Of a stretch of 38,061 nt of DNA, positions 8,796 through 18,176 are shown in pieces; position 1 is the first letter of the stretch; the number at the start of each line of letters is the position of its first letter. Both the position numbers and the translations under genes were made by a program. Below the pieces are notes generated by a model, which saw nothing but the letters and a program-made list of their open reading frames with translations, was not told the DNA's origin and ran no database searches. This stretch comes from an uncultured Dehalococcoidales bacterium (GTDB lineage: Bacteria > Chloroflexota > Dehalococcoidia > GIF9 > AB-539-J10), in contig CAZJGF010000002.1 of the NCBI GenBank assembly GCA_964545665.1, forward strand, positions 1 to 38,061, in the 5' to 3' direction.

Positions 8796-10265
8796 TCAGA
8801 ATCGGCTCAGCCTTTTTATCTCATTGCTCTCTGAATCGCAAATGACAATCTCCAAAGGCATCTGTCCTGGCAGCGCATGCGTACCACAGGCCATACAAGG
8901 GTCATAGGCTCTGAACGCCATCTCAATCATATTAAGAAGACCATCTGAGACCTCGCCTTTGTGTATAAGTGACTTGGCGGCTTTCTCAACTGACATAACA
9001 ATGGGAGCCATGTTGTTTGTCGTGGCCACAATCAAGTTAACTCCGGTAAGAATCCCCGTCTCATCGGTTTGATAGTGATGGAAAAGGGTACCCCTTGGGG
9101 CTTCTACCACCCCAACGCCCTCTTTGGGAGTCTCAGTCGGCAGATTAACAATATCAGAAGAGGTAAGTTCAGGATCACGAGCAAGCTCCAACACCCTTTC
9201 TGAGGCATACAATGCCTCGACCAGCCGAGCCCAGTGGAAAGCCAGGGTATTATGGACCGGTTTTCCCCCCAGCGTTTCAAACAGTTTTTCATAAGCTTCT
9301 TGTGCCAGCGGCGTGGCCATTCCGTCGGATGCATTCAGCCTGGCCAGCGGAGCTACTCTGTAAATGCCACTATCTTCTCCATCGGTAAATCCCTTCCAGC
9401 CGACGTTTTTAAGATAGCAGAACTTCATATAACTCCAGGGCTCAACGTGCTCCCTGATGTGGTCTAGATATTCCTGGGGCCTGAATTTGGCAAATTCTTT
9501 GCCATCCGGGTCAACCACTCTAATCATGCCATCATAGAAATTCACCTTATTATTCTCATCCACCAGCCCCATATAGTAAGTCCTATGCTTGTAGACATCC
9601 CCGGTAATCAGGTCAACATAATCTTTATTCTTCAGCACTACATCATCAAAAGCCTTGAGGGCAAATTGGCAGAAATCCACTGCATATTCCCCCGCCTCTA
9701 TGAGGGTCTTCCTCTCCTCCTCAGTAATCGCTTTTGACACCCCTCCAGGCAGCCCGCAGCTAGGCATGACCGGCTTCCCTCCGATTATTCTGACAACATT
9801 CCGCAGCCTTTTCCTAGCTTCTATTACTTTCCCACCGACTTCCAGGCCAACTTTGCCAATAACTCCCAAGATATTTCTTTCTGCGGTGGCCGCTGTCGGG
9901 CCAACAAAAAAGTCGGGACCAGCGAGGTAGAAGAAGTGCAATAAATGGTCCTCCGCCTGAAAAGCATTGTACATCAGCCTCCTTATTTTCTTTGCTGTCG
10001 AGGTTGGCTCCACTTTCCAAAGGTCATCCAGGGTCTTGGTCGAGGCCATGTGGTGAGCAGTAGGACACACCCCACAAATCATGGTGGTTATTCTCGGCAT
10101 CTCCTCTGCCGGCCTTCCCTCACAGAACTTCTCAAATCCTCGAAGCTCAGGGATCTGAAGATAAGCCCTATCAACATCTCCGGCGGCATTGAGAAATATT
10201 TCTATCTTGCCGTGCCCCTCAAGTCTGGTTATCGGGTCTATGGTTATTTTTCTCATTCTACTCAT
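8796..10265 (-). CDS. mvhA: F420-non-reducing (Mvh-type, group 3c-like) [NiFe]-hydrogenase large subunit
   Basis: 489 aa. TRLEGHGKIEI, MICGVCPTAHH, C-terminal YDPCMACGTH plus extension. Lies in the mvhD-G-A gene order. Confidence 0.8.
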   Translation of the reverse strand: MSRMRKITIDPITRLEGHGKIEIFLNAAGDVDRAYLQIPELRGFEKFCEGRPAEEMPRITTMICGVCPTAHHMASTKTLDDLWKVEPTSTAKKIRRLMYNAFQAEDHLLHFFYLAGPDFFVGPTAATAERNILGVIGKVGLEVGGKVIEARKRLRNVVRIIGGKPVMPSCGLPGGVSKAITEEERKTLIEAGEYAVDFCQFALKAFDDVVLKNKDYVDLITGDVYKHRTYYMGLVDENNKVNFYDGMIRVVDPDGKEFAKFRPQEYLDHIREHVEPWSYMKFCYLKNVGWKGFTDGEDSGIYRVAPLARLNASDGMATPLAQEAYEKLFETLGGKPVHNTLAFHWARLVEALYASERVLELARDPELTSSDIVNLPTETPKEGVGVVEAPRGTLFHHYQTDETGILTGVNLIVATTNNMAPIVMSVEKAAKSLIHKGEVSDGLLNMIEMAFRAYDPCMACGTHALPGQMPLEIVICDSESNEIKRLSRF

Positions 10266-11242
10266 TTCATCCTCTTTCTTCTCAGTAGCGAAGATGGCAA
10301 GCTGAATCTGTAGAACGTACCCGCCGGGTCTACAATTTGATCAACTAGTTTTTGGACTTCTTCCTCTGTCATCTTCTCTTCGCCTTCAAGTCCCACTATG
10401 GAGGCGATTGCTGACAGTGCTTTCGCCCCTTGGTCTACAACCCCATCTACGGGACCAAAACAGCCCCGGCAGGGCATATTGGCTCTGATGCATGTTTCCC
10501 CACATCCCGAACGGGTGGCGGGGCCAAGGCAAATCAGTCCTTGCACCAGGAAGCATTTCTCAGGGTCGATTTTGATCTGCCACGGCCTTTTTACCGCTGC
10601 TATGGATAATTTCTCCGGTTTTGTCTCATTCCGTGGGCATGTATCGCACAGAGCTTTATTAGGGGCAAGCACCGCCCCTTTCTCCGGCAGATTCCCTGTG
10701 AGAATGGCATTGACAGCATCCATTACTAAATTGGGTGGTGGTGGACATCCGGGGAGGTAGTAATCTACAGGAATGGTTTGGTCCAATGTCTTTACCGTAT
10801 CATAGAATTCCGGTAAGGTAAGCTCACCAATTCCGATATCCGTCTTCTCTTGAGGAAGAGTTCCCTCTGGATTCTCAGTGGACGGAGTCTCTTTATAAGC
10901 TCGGCGAAAGATTGTATCCCTTGTCCAGAAATTCCCCAGTCCGGGTATCCCCCCTAGGTGAGCACAAGAACCAAAGGCGACCACAAGGCCGGATTTCTCC
11001 CTCAGGAGTTTTACCATCTCCTCTTGCTCTTCCAACCTTATGGCCCCGTTTATAAAGCTTACCGCTATCTCCTTATCGCCTAAAGCCTCAATGTCTTTCC
11101 TCTTGAAGTCCAAGGCTACGGGCCATAATACTATATCTACAGCATCCGCTACCTTCAGTATATCTTCATTGAGGTCAACCACTGTCTCTTCACATCCACC
11201 GCAGGAAGCGTTCCAATAGAAAGCAATCTTCGGTTTCGCCAT
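10262..11242 (-). CDS. mvhG: Mvh-type [NiFe]-hydrogenase small subunit
   Basis: I prefer the ATG at 11240-11242 (MAKPKIAFYWNASCGGCEE), with GGAG 8 nt upstream and lying after the mvhD stop. The track start at 11275 would overlap mvhD. No signal peptide. Multiple Fe-S Cys motifs (CPRNETKPEK..., CLGPATRSGCGETC, CRGCFGP). Confidence 0.8.
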   Translation of the reverse strand: MAKPKIAFYWNASCGGCEETVVDLNEDILKVADAVDIVLWPVALDFKRKDIEALGDKEIAVSFINGAIRLEEQEEMVKLLREKSGLVVAFGSCAHLGGIPGLGNFWTRDTIFRRAYKETPSTENPEGTLPQEKTDIGIGELTLPEFYDTVKTLDQTIPVDYYLPGCPPPPNLVMDAVNAILTGNLPEKGAVLAPNKALCDTCPRNETKPEKLSIAAVKRPWQIKIDPEKCFLVQGLICLGPATRSGCGETCIRANMPCRGCFGPVDGVVDQGAKALSAIASIVGLEGEEKMTEEEVQKLVDQIVDPAGTFYRFSLPSSLLRRKRMK

Positions 11243-11246
11243 ATTG

Positions 11247-11672
11247 TCATCTCCGATATGCTGTTTTACCAGCAAAAGGCCCTAGCTCTTTTATTTTCGC
11301 TGTCATGTCATTGGCTACCTGTGCGAAGTGGTTTGCCTCAGAGGCAGATATCCACTCTAGGCTTACTCGCTCCTCGTCAACCCCCAGTTGCTTCATCATT
11401 TTCTTCAGTATAGCAACACGCCGCGCTGCCTTATAGTTCCCCGTCCTGTAGTGGCAGTCTCCAAAATGGCAGCCGCCAATCAATACTCCATCTGCACCCG
11501 TCTGAAGGGCTGCAAGCACAAAGGTGGGCTCAACCATCCCACTGCACATAACTCGAACCACCATCAGATTGGAGGCATACTGAATACGCAACATACCAGC
11601 TAAATCAGCTCCAGCATAGGCACACCAATTGCATAGAAAGGCGACTATCTTCGGCTTGAAACCGCTCATCAT
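11247..11672 (-). CDS. mvhD: MvhD ([2Fe-2S] hydrogenase/Hdr adaptor subunit), copy 1
   Basis: 141 aa. FLCNWCAYAGADLAG, VMCSGMV, GGCHFGDCHY. GGAGG lies just upstream of the tandem ATGs (the second ATG at 11669 is possibly the real start). Confidence 0.85.
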   Translation of the reverse strand: MMSGFKPKIVAFLCNWCAYAGADLAGMLRIQYASNLMVVRVMCSGMVEPTFVLAALQTGADGVLIGGCHFGDCHYRTGNYKAARRVAILKKMMKQLGVDEERVSLEWISASEANHFAQVANDMTAKIKELGPFAGKTAYRR

Positions 11673-11791
11673 TACCTCCTTCCAAATATTGAGTTGTCAG
11701 CCATCTTTCCTGGCCAAACACGTTCGGGCCAGATTGGTCTGCCGCTCCAGCGCAAGTGATAACCTTCAGCCGCTGTCAGGCGAGCGGAGCT

Positions 11792-11822
11792 AGTATAGCA
11801 CATGCGAGGGCAGTCGTATCAA
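11792..11822 (-). promoter_or_regulatory. Candidate sigma-70-type promoter with extended -10 for the mvhDGA operon
   Basis: Minus strand reads TTGATA (11817-11822), 19-nt spacer, TGC-TATACT (-10 at 11792-11797). About 115 nt upstream of the mvhD ATG. Sequence pattern only. Confidence 0.35.
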
Positions 11823-11876
11823 CCTCCCCGTGACCAGCGTAGGAGTCCTCAGCACACATCTTCATGGACCAACCAT

Positions 11877-11906
11877 AGAAGCTAGAGGCAGCTGCCTCTA
11901 GCTTCT
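11877..11906. repeat. Perfect 30-bp palindrome AGAAGCTAGAGGCAG|CTGCCTCTAGCTTCT
   Basis: I verified base by base that the two 15-nt halves are exact reverse complements. It sits ~55 nt upstream of the candidate -35 element in the 498-bp intergenic gap. No T-tract follows on either strand. Confidence 0.9.
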
Positions 11907-12170
11907 GCAAGGCCAGCATCACAGAGAAAGACTGATCCCCGCCAGCCCAGCTGAGCTATACCCCACTCACACAGCGCGTCCTCACTCGACGTATCATCCT
12001 ATGCTGTGGACAACCCTTCTTCCGCTCAATCACCTACCACGCAATGCAAAAAGGGCTAGCCCACAGGAGGCCAAGAATGTGAAGACATTTAGCAGAAAAC
12101 ACAGATTACCAAGAATTTGCTGAGACCACGAGTCCCCTGGTAATGGACTGAATAAAGTGCGATTTCGGTA

Positions 12171-13277
12171 TTACCCGACGGCCGCGAATTCCTCCGGCCT
12201 GAATGTAGTAAGCGGGAGCCCCTCCTCCATATCTTTCCCTGGAAGATAACCATAAGCTTTCTGAACCGATTCGGCTACTCTCAAGGAAATGGCCCACAGC
12301 GGAATACTGGCGGGACACACATCAGAACACATACCACATCCCACACACGATGTGCTTACGTGGGATAGCCTCACCAGGTGGTAGAATATCGTGTCAGGAA
12401 AAGCCTCCACACTTCCCCTTCTTTCTAGCTGTGTTGCGTAGTAAACCGCATCATGTTCACTAGCCTCACTGTCGAAAAAGCATAAGTGGCAATAACAGAT
12501 GGGGCAGACCTTGCTGCAGTTGTGGCAGCCTATGCATTTGCTGAAGGCCTTGTTCAGTTCATCAATACCAAGGTTCCTTATTTCAGTTTCATCAAACAGT
12601 TTCTGCTTCTCACTCTCTCTCTGGCCCCTTATTCGTTCCATTGCTCCAGAATCGAACTCTTCTTCAGTGAACTCTCCCGACATACCTTCAAGCAAGTTCT
12701 CCCCTCTGTCAGTGTTGAGAAGTATCACCGTTTCTCTGTCAATGTCCTTGTTTCCCAGTAAGGACACGGTGATATCAGCAGTGTAAGGTATAAAATGCTC
12801 ACATGCCTTACAGGCAGGCCTTATCCCAGGACTCACTTCACCTTGTTTGACCGCTTCCCAGTATTGAGGTAGCTTTTCCTCAATCTTATCCTCGAGTGCC
12901 AGTTCCAATGGGTAGACTCCGCCACAGGTTGAGCTTATGAGTAACAGGTTGTCAGTGCTCCCCTGCTGCCGCTTCACCAGCTCTACGAATGCTCTTAATT
13001 CGCAAGGTCTTAGCACCACCGCAATCGGTTCAGTGGCTGCTTCCCTTAGAGTAAGAAGGGATAGCAACTTGCCGCTGTTTACCGGCATTAGAGGATACAG
13101 CGGCCGGGCATAGTCGAGTTCATCAGGACTGGAAATAAGGGAGTAAGCCACAGCCCCATTCTCACCGATCTTCCTCAAAGTCAAAACCCCTTCCACCTTG
13201 CCGTTCTCTAGGAGGAATTTGGCCATTTCTTTCACGCTTTGCTCTGGGCTTTCGCTCAACCTTAAGACCCTAGGCAT
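12171..13277 (-). CDS. Fe-S protein of the FlxB/FlxC / AsrA / sulfhydrogenase-beta (HydB) type
   Basis: The track ORF extends to 13343, but the ATG at 13275-13277 has AAGGAG 7 nt upstream and overlaps the upstream stop by 8 nt (ATGCCTAG). Motifs: VVLRPCELRAFVELVK, CIGCHNCSKVCPICYCHLCFFD, CVGCGMCSDVCPASIP. The family name is from memory. Confidence 0.55.
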   Translation of the reverse strand: MPRVLRLSESPEQSVKEMAKFLLENGKVEGVLTLRKIGENGAVAYSLISSPDELDYARPLYPLMPVNSGKLLSLLTLREAATEPIAVVLRPCELRAFVELVKRQQGSTDNLLLISSTCGGVYPLELALEDKIEEKLPQYWEAVKQGEVSPGIRPACKACEHFIPYTADITVSLLGNKDIDRETVILLNTDRGENLLEGMSGEFTEEEFDSGAMERIRGQRESEKQKLFDETEIRNLGIDELNKAFSKCIGCHNCSKVCPICYCHLCFFDSEASEHDAVYYATQLERRGSVEAFPDTIFYHLVRLSHVSTSCVGCGMCSDVCPASIPLWAISLRVAESVQKAYGYLPGKDMEEGLPLTTFRPEEFAAVG

Positions 13278-14427
13278 CTTGCTTCTCCTTGGCAGAAAAC
13301 ACTGAATGGGACTGCTCCACCTCCTGGAATTCGCCTTGCTCAAAAGTCGTTAACGGCAGAGCTTCGTCTATACTCCTACCAGATAGGTAACCGAAGGCCT
13401 CTTGGTTTCTATCACCAACTAGGCTGAAGATTTGCCCTACCGTGATATTCATGGGGCAGGCGTCCTCACACATCCCGCATGACACACAGGAGAGAGACAT
13501 ATGTAACATACGTCCAATATGGAAAAACAGAGTATCGCTGGGAAGCTTCACCACACCTCTTGCCTTTGCCCTCGTAAGGTAATCTTCAAAATTGAATTTC
13601 ATTTTGTCCGAATCGAAATGACACTGGCGGCAGTAACATATGGGGCAGACCCTCATACAGTTGTGGCAGTTTATGCATCTACTAAAGCTTTCTAGTAGCC
13701 TGTCTATACCCTCAATCTCGCTTCTTAGCCCGTTGTGAGACTCGTTCCTTTTCTGCTTTCTTTCCTGAGTCAGCCTCTCCACTCCACTTTCCCAACTCGA
13801 TATATTGTCCTCCATTGAAAGACCGAGCTTGCTCAAGACACTTTCGCCTTTACCGCTGCTGGGGATAAGGACCATAGTGCCATCCTTTGCACCCAAGGTT
13901 CCTACATGCAAGTCTTCAGCACCCGTGGTAGAGAATCTGTCACATATGTTGCACACTGGCCGCATAGGTTCACTATTCCAGTTCCGGGAAGCATCTCTGA
14001 ACGTCCTATCACCGTTTTCGGCGCTCGTGAAATAGTCAGATAGAGGCATTACTCCCGGGCAGTCCACAGTCACAAGGATTATGTCCTCCAGGTTTGCCTG
14101 TCCAAGCTTAGCCAGTTCAACTGTCGCCCTTGCCTCGCAGGGTCGCATCACAGCAGCAATGCTCTTGTTCCCTTTACCACGTCTGGTAATGCTAGAAATG
14201 GCTCTGGCTCCCTGAACTGGCATAATTGGAGGTAACGGAGACGCTGCTTCAAGAAGCGCCTCATCTCGGATCAGTGAGTAGGCGACTGAATCTCCTGCCG
14301 ACACCCTAGTTGGGATGAGGACAGCGTCAAAACAACCTTGGCTTAATGCTTGCTTCATAAAGTCAAGGACCCCTCTTTCCACATCCCCTTCTGACAGGTA
14401 GATTGTTCCCTTCCGAGTAGGTGTCAC
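13270..14427 (-). CDS. Fe-S protein of the FlxB/FlxC / AsrA / HydB-beta type (paralogue of 12171-13277)
   Basis: Motifs AAVMRPCEARATVELAKLGQ, CINCHNCMRVCPICYCRQCHFD, CVSCGMCEDACPMNI. GAGGAG lies 7 nt upstream of the GTG at 14425-14427; the alternative GTG start at 14442 is the one used by the track. Confidence 0.55.
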   Translation of the reverse strand: MTPTRKGTIYLSEGDVERGVLDFMKQALSQGCFDAVLIPTRVSAGDSVAYSLIRDEALLEAASPLPPIMPVQGARAISSITRRGKGNKSIAAVMRPCEARATVELAKLGQANLEDIILVTVDCPGVMPLSDYFTSAENGDRTFRDASRNWNSEPMRPVCNICDRFSTTGAEDLHVGTLGAKDGTMVLIPSSGKGESVLSKLGLSMEDNISSWESGVERLTQERKQKRNESHNGLRSEIEGIDRLLESFSRCINCHNCMRVCPICYCRQCHFDSDKMKFNFEDYLTRAKARGVVKLPSDTLFFHIGRMLHMSLSCVSCGMCEDACPMNITVGQIFSLVGDRNQEAFGYLSGRSIDEALPLTTFEQGEFQEVEQSHSVFSAKEKQDA

Positions 14428-14476
14428 GTTACAACTCCTCACATGTTCCCAATAGTTTGCTCATAAGCCCACATAC

Positions 14477-16174
14477 TTACCTTACTAGTTCCACAACTTC
14501 TTGATAGATCTGCGGGAAGCCAAAATTCTTTACACTGGCAGCTCCAGAGGGACAAGTAGCAGCACAGACCCCGCATCCATGACACAAAGCTTCGTTCACC
14601 ACTGCAATTCTCCTCACTTCGTCAAAGCTGATGGCAGAGTAAGGGCAGACTGAGATACACATTTTGCATCCAGTGCAGAAAGTCTCCGAAATTTCAGAGG
14701 TTCTCACTTCCAACTCCAACTTTCGGCCTGGAACAAGGGATGAGAGTATCTTACCTGCTGCTGCCTCTGATTGAACTATCGTCTCCGAGATATTCTTTGG
14801 CCCCTGGGCACACCCGACCACAAATACTCCCTCCACAGAAGACGCCACTGGACCCAGCAACTGGTGCTCTGCAACAGGGAAACCCTCCTCGTCCAGAGGG
14901 ATACCAAGCATTTCAGCGAACCTATTAGTATCACCGCTGGGTTCCATCGCCGGCACAAGGATTACCATATCTACTGCAAGCTCCTCTTCCGAACCGTTTT
15001 CAGTTTCGTATTTCACAGCTATTGCCTTGGTATTTTGGGTAACCGTAGTCTTCGCAGCGCGTACAAAGTTGATCCCTAAGTCCTTTGTCTCTTCGTAGAA
15101 CTTCTGGTAGGACTTCCCTGGAATGCATAGGTCTGAGTAGAGTTGAGATACCTTTACGTCGGGAAGCTGGGACTTCAACATCCTGGCAAATTTAAGTGAA
15201 TACACGCAGCACACCTTGGAACAATAGCCCTTCTCTTCTCGCCCAACACAATGGATAATAGCCACAGATTCAGGACTCTTGCCGTTTTTGAGCAGAATCT
15301 TCCCCCCACTAGGTCCGCTTGGCATATTCATCTGCTCAAATTCCAAGCTCGTATAGACATCATCACGCTTTCCGTACCCATATTGAGGGAGACCCGTTGG
15401 GTCCATCAAGTCGAAGCCGGTAGCTAAGATGACTGCTCCCACGCTTAGATTCCGCTCCCCATTTTCCCCTTTCTTCGTTACTTTTGCCTCAAAATTGCCA
15501 AAGAAGCCCAAGATTTGCTCAACCTCACTATCAGTAAGCTCTTCGATATTCTTGGCTCCTAGCAGTCTCTTCACTTCTTTTTCTATCAATACTGAGCCAG
15601 AATCCATAGCGGTAAACAGCTTGTCAAACTCCTTTACTTTGCCTCCCAAAGAAGGACTCTTCTCAACCAGATAGACCCTTCTGTCTGGGGAACCAAGCAG
15701 CTGGCTAGCCTTAATTCCGGCAATGCCACCGCCGATTATCAGCACATCGGGACAAACGTCCATCTCCTTCTTTTCCAGAGAAACTTGCCAGCGAACTCTA
15801 CTGATAGCGGCTCTTATTTGCCTTATTGCCTTTTCTGCAGCCTCTTCCTTGTCTGAGGTGACCCAGGCACATTGTTCCCTGATATTCACCATCTGCAATA
15901 GGTAGGGGTTGAGACTAGCTTCCTCACACACATTCATAAAAGTCATTTCGTGCTGCTTAGGAGAACAGGCTGCAAGCACCAAATGGGTCAAGTCATGCTC
16001 CTTGATGCTTTGCTTTAGGAATTCCTTCCCAGCCTCAGAACACAAGAGCCCGTATTTCTCGACAATTGCGACATCACGAAGCGGCGAAACAGCTTCAATT
16101 ACTCTATCAATATTCACATTGTCGGCTATATTAGTGCCACACTCGCATACATATACGCCTATCCTTTTTCCCAT
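14477..16174 (-). CDS. hdrA: HdrA-like flavoprotein: N-terminal [4Fe-4S] domain + TrxR-like FAD fold + C-terminal 2x[4Fe-4S] ferredoxin, but no inserted ferredoxin domain
   Basis: 565 aa. IGVYVCECGTNIA, VLIIGGGIAGIKAS, IIHCVGREEKGYCSKVCC, C-terminal CTGCKMCISVCP...CHGCGVCAATCP. The segment where HdrA normally has TFPTNDC..C plus the inserted ferredoxin is replaced by Cys-free sequence. Confidence 0.8.
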   Translation of the reverse strand: MGKRIGVYVCECGTNIADNVNIDRVIEAVSPLRDVAIVEKYGLLCSEAGKEFLKQSIKEHDLTHLVLAACSPKQHEMTFMNVCEEASLNPYLLQMVNIREQCAWVTSDKEEAAEKAIRQIRAAISRVRWQVSLEKKEMDVCPDVLIIGGGIAGIKASQLLGSPDRRVYLVEKSPSLGGKVKEFDKLFTAMDSGSVLIEKEVKRLLGAKNIEELTDSEVEQILGFFGNFEAKVTKKGENGERNLSVGAVILATGFDLMDPTGLPQYGYGKRDDVYTSLEFEQMNMPSGPSGGKILLKNGKSPESVAIIHCVGREEKGYCSKVCCVYSLKFARMLKSQLPDVKVSQLYSDLCIPGKSYQKFYEETKDLGINFVRAAKTTVTQNTKAIAVKYETENGSEEELAVDMVILVPAMEPSGDTNRFAEMLGIPLDEEGFPVAEHQLLGPVASSVEGVFVVGCAQGPKNISETIVQSEAAAGKILSSLVPGRKLELEVRTSEISETFCTGCKMCISVCPYSAISFDEVRRIAVVNEALCHGCGVCAATCPSGAASVKNFGFPQIYQEVVELVR

Positions 16175-16185
16175 TTCGCAACCTC

Positions 16186-17466
16186 TTATCTTGACAATGA
16201 TAGTAGTCTTCCCACTGCAGCCTCTGCCTGAGCCACTGTGTCTGGAATATCTTTGGGCCCCTGGGCGCAGCCGGCAACAAATATACCCTCTCTTATTGTA
16301 TCGACAGAATCAAGGTCTGGTTCCTTTTCGCTGAAAAAGCCCCCGTCACCTTGGGGAATACCCAACATCTCCGCCAGTTCCAATGAGTCGACCGCCGGTT
16401 CTAGTCCAGGTGACAAGATTATCATGCTCACACTGAGAGTATTCTCCTTGCCATCTTCAGTCTTGTAGTTAACACGCAGTCTCTCCCCTGATTCCGAGAC
16501 TTCGGTTACCGTGGCGCGAATAAAATCAACGCCGCTTTCTCGCACCTCTCTATAGAACCTCTGATAGGCTCTGCCTGGTATAGACAGATCAGAGTAGAAT
16601 TGAGATATCTTTACTTCGGGTAACTTATCCTTAATGAAGCGTGCTAGCTTGGCGGAAGACATGCAACATACTGAAGAACAATACCCCTTTTCCTCCCGCC
16701 CCACGCAATGGATGATCGCCACTGACTCTGGTGCTTTGCCATTGCGGAGAACAATCTGCCCCTGCGTAGGTCCATTGGAGGCACAAATTCTCTCAACTTC
16801 TATGTCAGAGTATACATTGTCAAATTTCTTGTACCCATATTGAGTAATCTTGCTGAGGTCAAGCGGTTTGAAGCCAGTAGCTACCAAGATACCCCCAACG
16901 TTAAGTTCGAGTTTCTCATCCTCCTGCGCGTAATCAATAGCCTCAAACATACAGGCTTCTTGACAGGCCTGGCAATCTTTCCCATTGAAACGGAGACAAT
17001 TTTGAGTATCAATGGCCGGGACGTTGGGCAGAGCCCCAGCACAGGGAATATATATTGCCTTTCTCTTGGTCAGTCCCTCCTCAAATTCGTTGTCCACCTC
17101 CACCGGGCAGGGCTCAAGACAGGCGTTGCATCCAATGCAGTTCTGCATGTCGACATACCTCGCCCTTTTCTTCACTTTCACCGTGAAATCCCCTATGGAA
17201 CCTTCCACAGCCTCAACCTGACTAAGCGTTAGCAGCTCAATGTTCTCATTTTGCAGCAACTCCTGTTGCTTCGGCGCTATCATACAGGTGGCACACTCCA
17301 TGTTAGGAAATACCTGCTCGAACTTTATTACGTTGCCACCAAAGTAACAGTTCTTCTCAACTAGATATACTTTGGCCCCAGAATTGGCCAGAAGCAGACT
17401 TGCTTCAATGCCAGCAATCCCAGCCCCAATCACCAGCACCCGCCTGTCCTCTCCCTTGTTTTCCAT
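16186..17466 (-). CDS. hdrA: HdrA core flavoprotein with inserted ferredoxin domain, lacking the N-terminal Cys domain and the C-terminal ferredoxin
   Basis: 426 aa. VLVIGAGIAGIEAS, FPNMECATCMIAPK, CIGCNACLEPCPV ... CQACQEAC, IIHCVGREEKGYCSSVCC, GIFVAGCAQGPKDIPD. Confidence 0.8.
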   Translation of the reverse strand: MENKGEDRRVLVIGAGIAGIEASLLLANSGAKVYLVEKNCYFGGNVIKFEQVFPNMECATCMIAPKQQELLQNENIELLTLSQVEAVEGSIGDFTVKVKKRARYVDMQNCIGCNACLEPCPVEVDNEFEEGLTKRKAIYIPCAGALPNVPAIDTQNCLRFNGKDCQACQEACMFEAIDYAQEDEKLELNVGGILVATGFKPLDLSKITQYGYKKFDNVYSDIEVERICASNGPTQGQIVLRNGKAPESVAIIHCVGREEKGYCSSVCCMSSAKLARFIKDKLPEVKISQFYSDLSIPGRAYQRFYREVRESGVDFIRATVTEVSESGERLRVNYKTEDGKENTLSVSMIILSPGLEPAVDSLELAEMLGIPQGDGGFFSEKEPDLDSVDTIREGIFVAGCAQGPKDIPDTVAQAEAAVGRLLSLSR

Positions 17467-17490
17467 TATTACCTGTTACCTCCGTCGCTC

Positions 17491-17925
17491 TCATAATAGG
17501 GCCTTTCCCAAGCGACTTGGCCCCAACTTTCTTACCTGCTCGGCAAACCGGTTAGTTACCTCAGCAAACCTCTGCCCTTCTGATGCTGAAACCCAGGCTA
17601 GCATAAACCTTTCCGGTTCCAGTCCCAGCGTTTCCACCGTTTTCTCCAAAAGAGCAAACCTACGGCGAGCATAGTAATTTCCCTCTCGGTAGTGGCAATC
17701 GCCTGGGTGGCACCCAGCAACAAATACCCCGTCAGCCCCCCGTAGGTATGCAGTAGCCATGAGAGCCGGCTCCACCCTTCCAGAGCACATTACTTTGATA
17801 ATCGAAACGGAACCAGGCACCGTTTGCTTCGTTGCCCCAGCAAGGTCAGCAGCCGCATATGAGCACCAGTTGCAGAGGAACCCAACTATCTTGGGTGTGA
17901 ATTCTCCCTCCATGGATATGCCCAC
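17491..17925 (-). CDS. mvhD: MvhD, copy 2
   Basis: 144 aa. FLCNWCSYAAADLAG, VMCSGRV, AGCHPGDCHY. Start uncertain (GTG at 17925 or ATG at 17913). Confidence 0.85.
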   Translation of the reverse strand: MGISMEGEFTPKIVGFLCNWCSYAAADLAGATKQTVPGSVSIIKVMCSGRVEPALMATAYLRGADGVFVAGCHPGDCHYREGNYYARRRFALLEKTVETLGLEPERFMLAWVSASEGQRFAEVTNRFAEQVRKLGPSRLGKALL

Positions 17926-17928
17926 AAA

Positions 17929-18153
17929 CTAGAACTGTATCTGTGCCTTGAACTTTCCTCCCCCCTGGTCAGCGCAGAACAGCAATGTCTTTTTCATCCT
18001 GGCACACCATGCTTCAATATCCTTGGGGAAAGACTCACAATCAGCCAGCACTTCTAATGTATCTCCAGCGGGAATACTCTTGGCCATCGCTGCCACTTTC
18101 AGTACCGGCTGGGGACACTTAAGTCCCAGTACATCCAAAGTGTGTAGTGCCAT
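17929..18153 (-). CDS. tusA: TusA/SirA-family sulfurtransferase
   Basis: Conserved LGLKCPQPVLKV (Cys-Pro-x-Pro) motif. The ATG at 18151-18153 has AGGAGG 5 nt upstream (the track starts at GTG 18159). 74 aa. Confidence 0.8.
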   Translation of the reverse strand: MALHTLDVLGLKCPQPVLKVAAMAKSIPAGDTLEVLADCESFPKDIEAWCARMKKTLLFCADQGGGKFKAQIQF

Positions 18154-18176
18154 GTTCACCTCCTAATTATTTCAGT

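Noticed and set aside
12040-12075. GGGCTAGCCC followed by TTTTT on the minus strand as the terminator of the 16-gene operon
   Set aside because: The stem would be only 3-4 bp with a 2-4 nt loop, which is too weak to call. The operon end remains undefined.
13270-13343. 74-nt overlap between track ORFs 12171..13343 and 13270..14442, which could hint at a frameshift or fused gene
   Set aside because: An internal ATG at 13275-13277 with a well-spaced AAGGAG reduces the overlap to 8 nt (ATGCCTAG). This is ordinary translational coupling.
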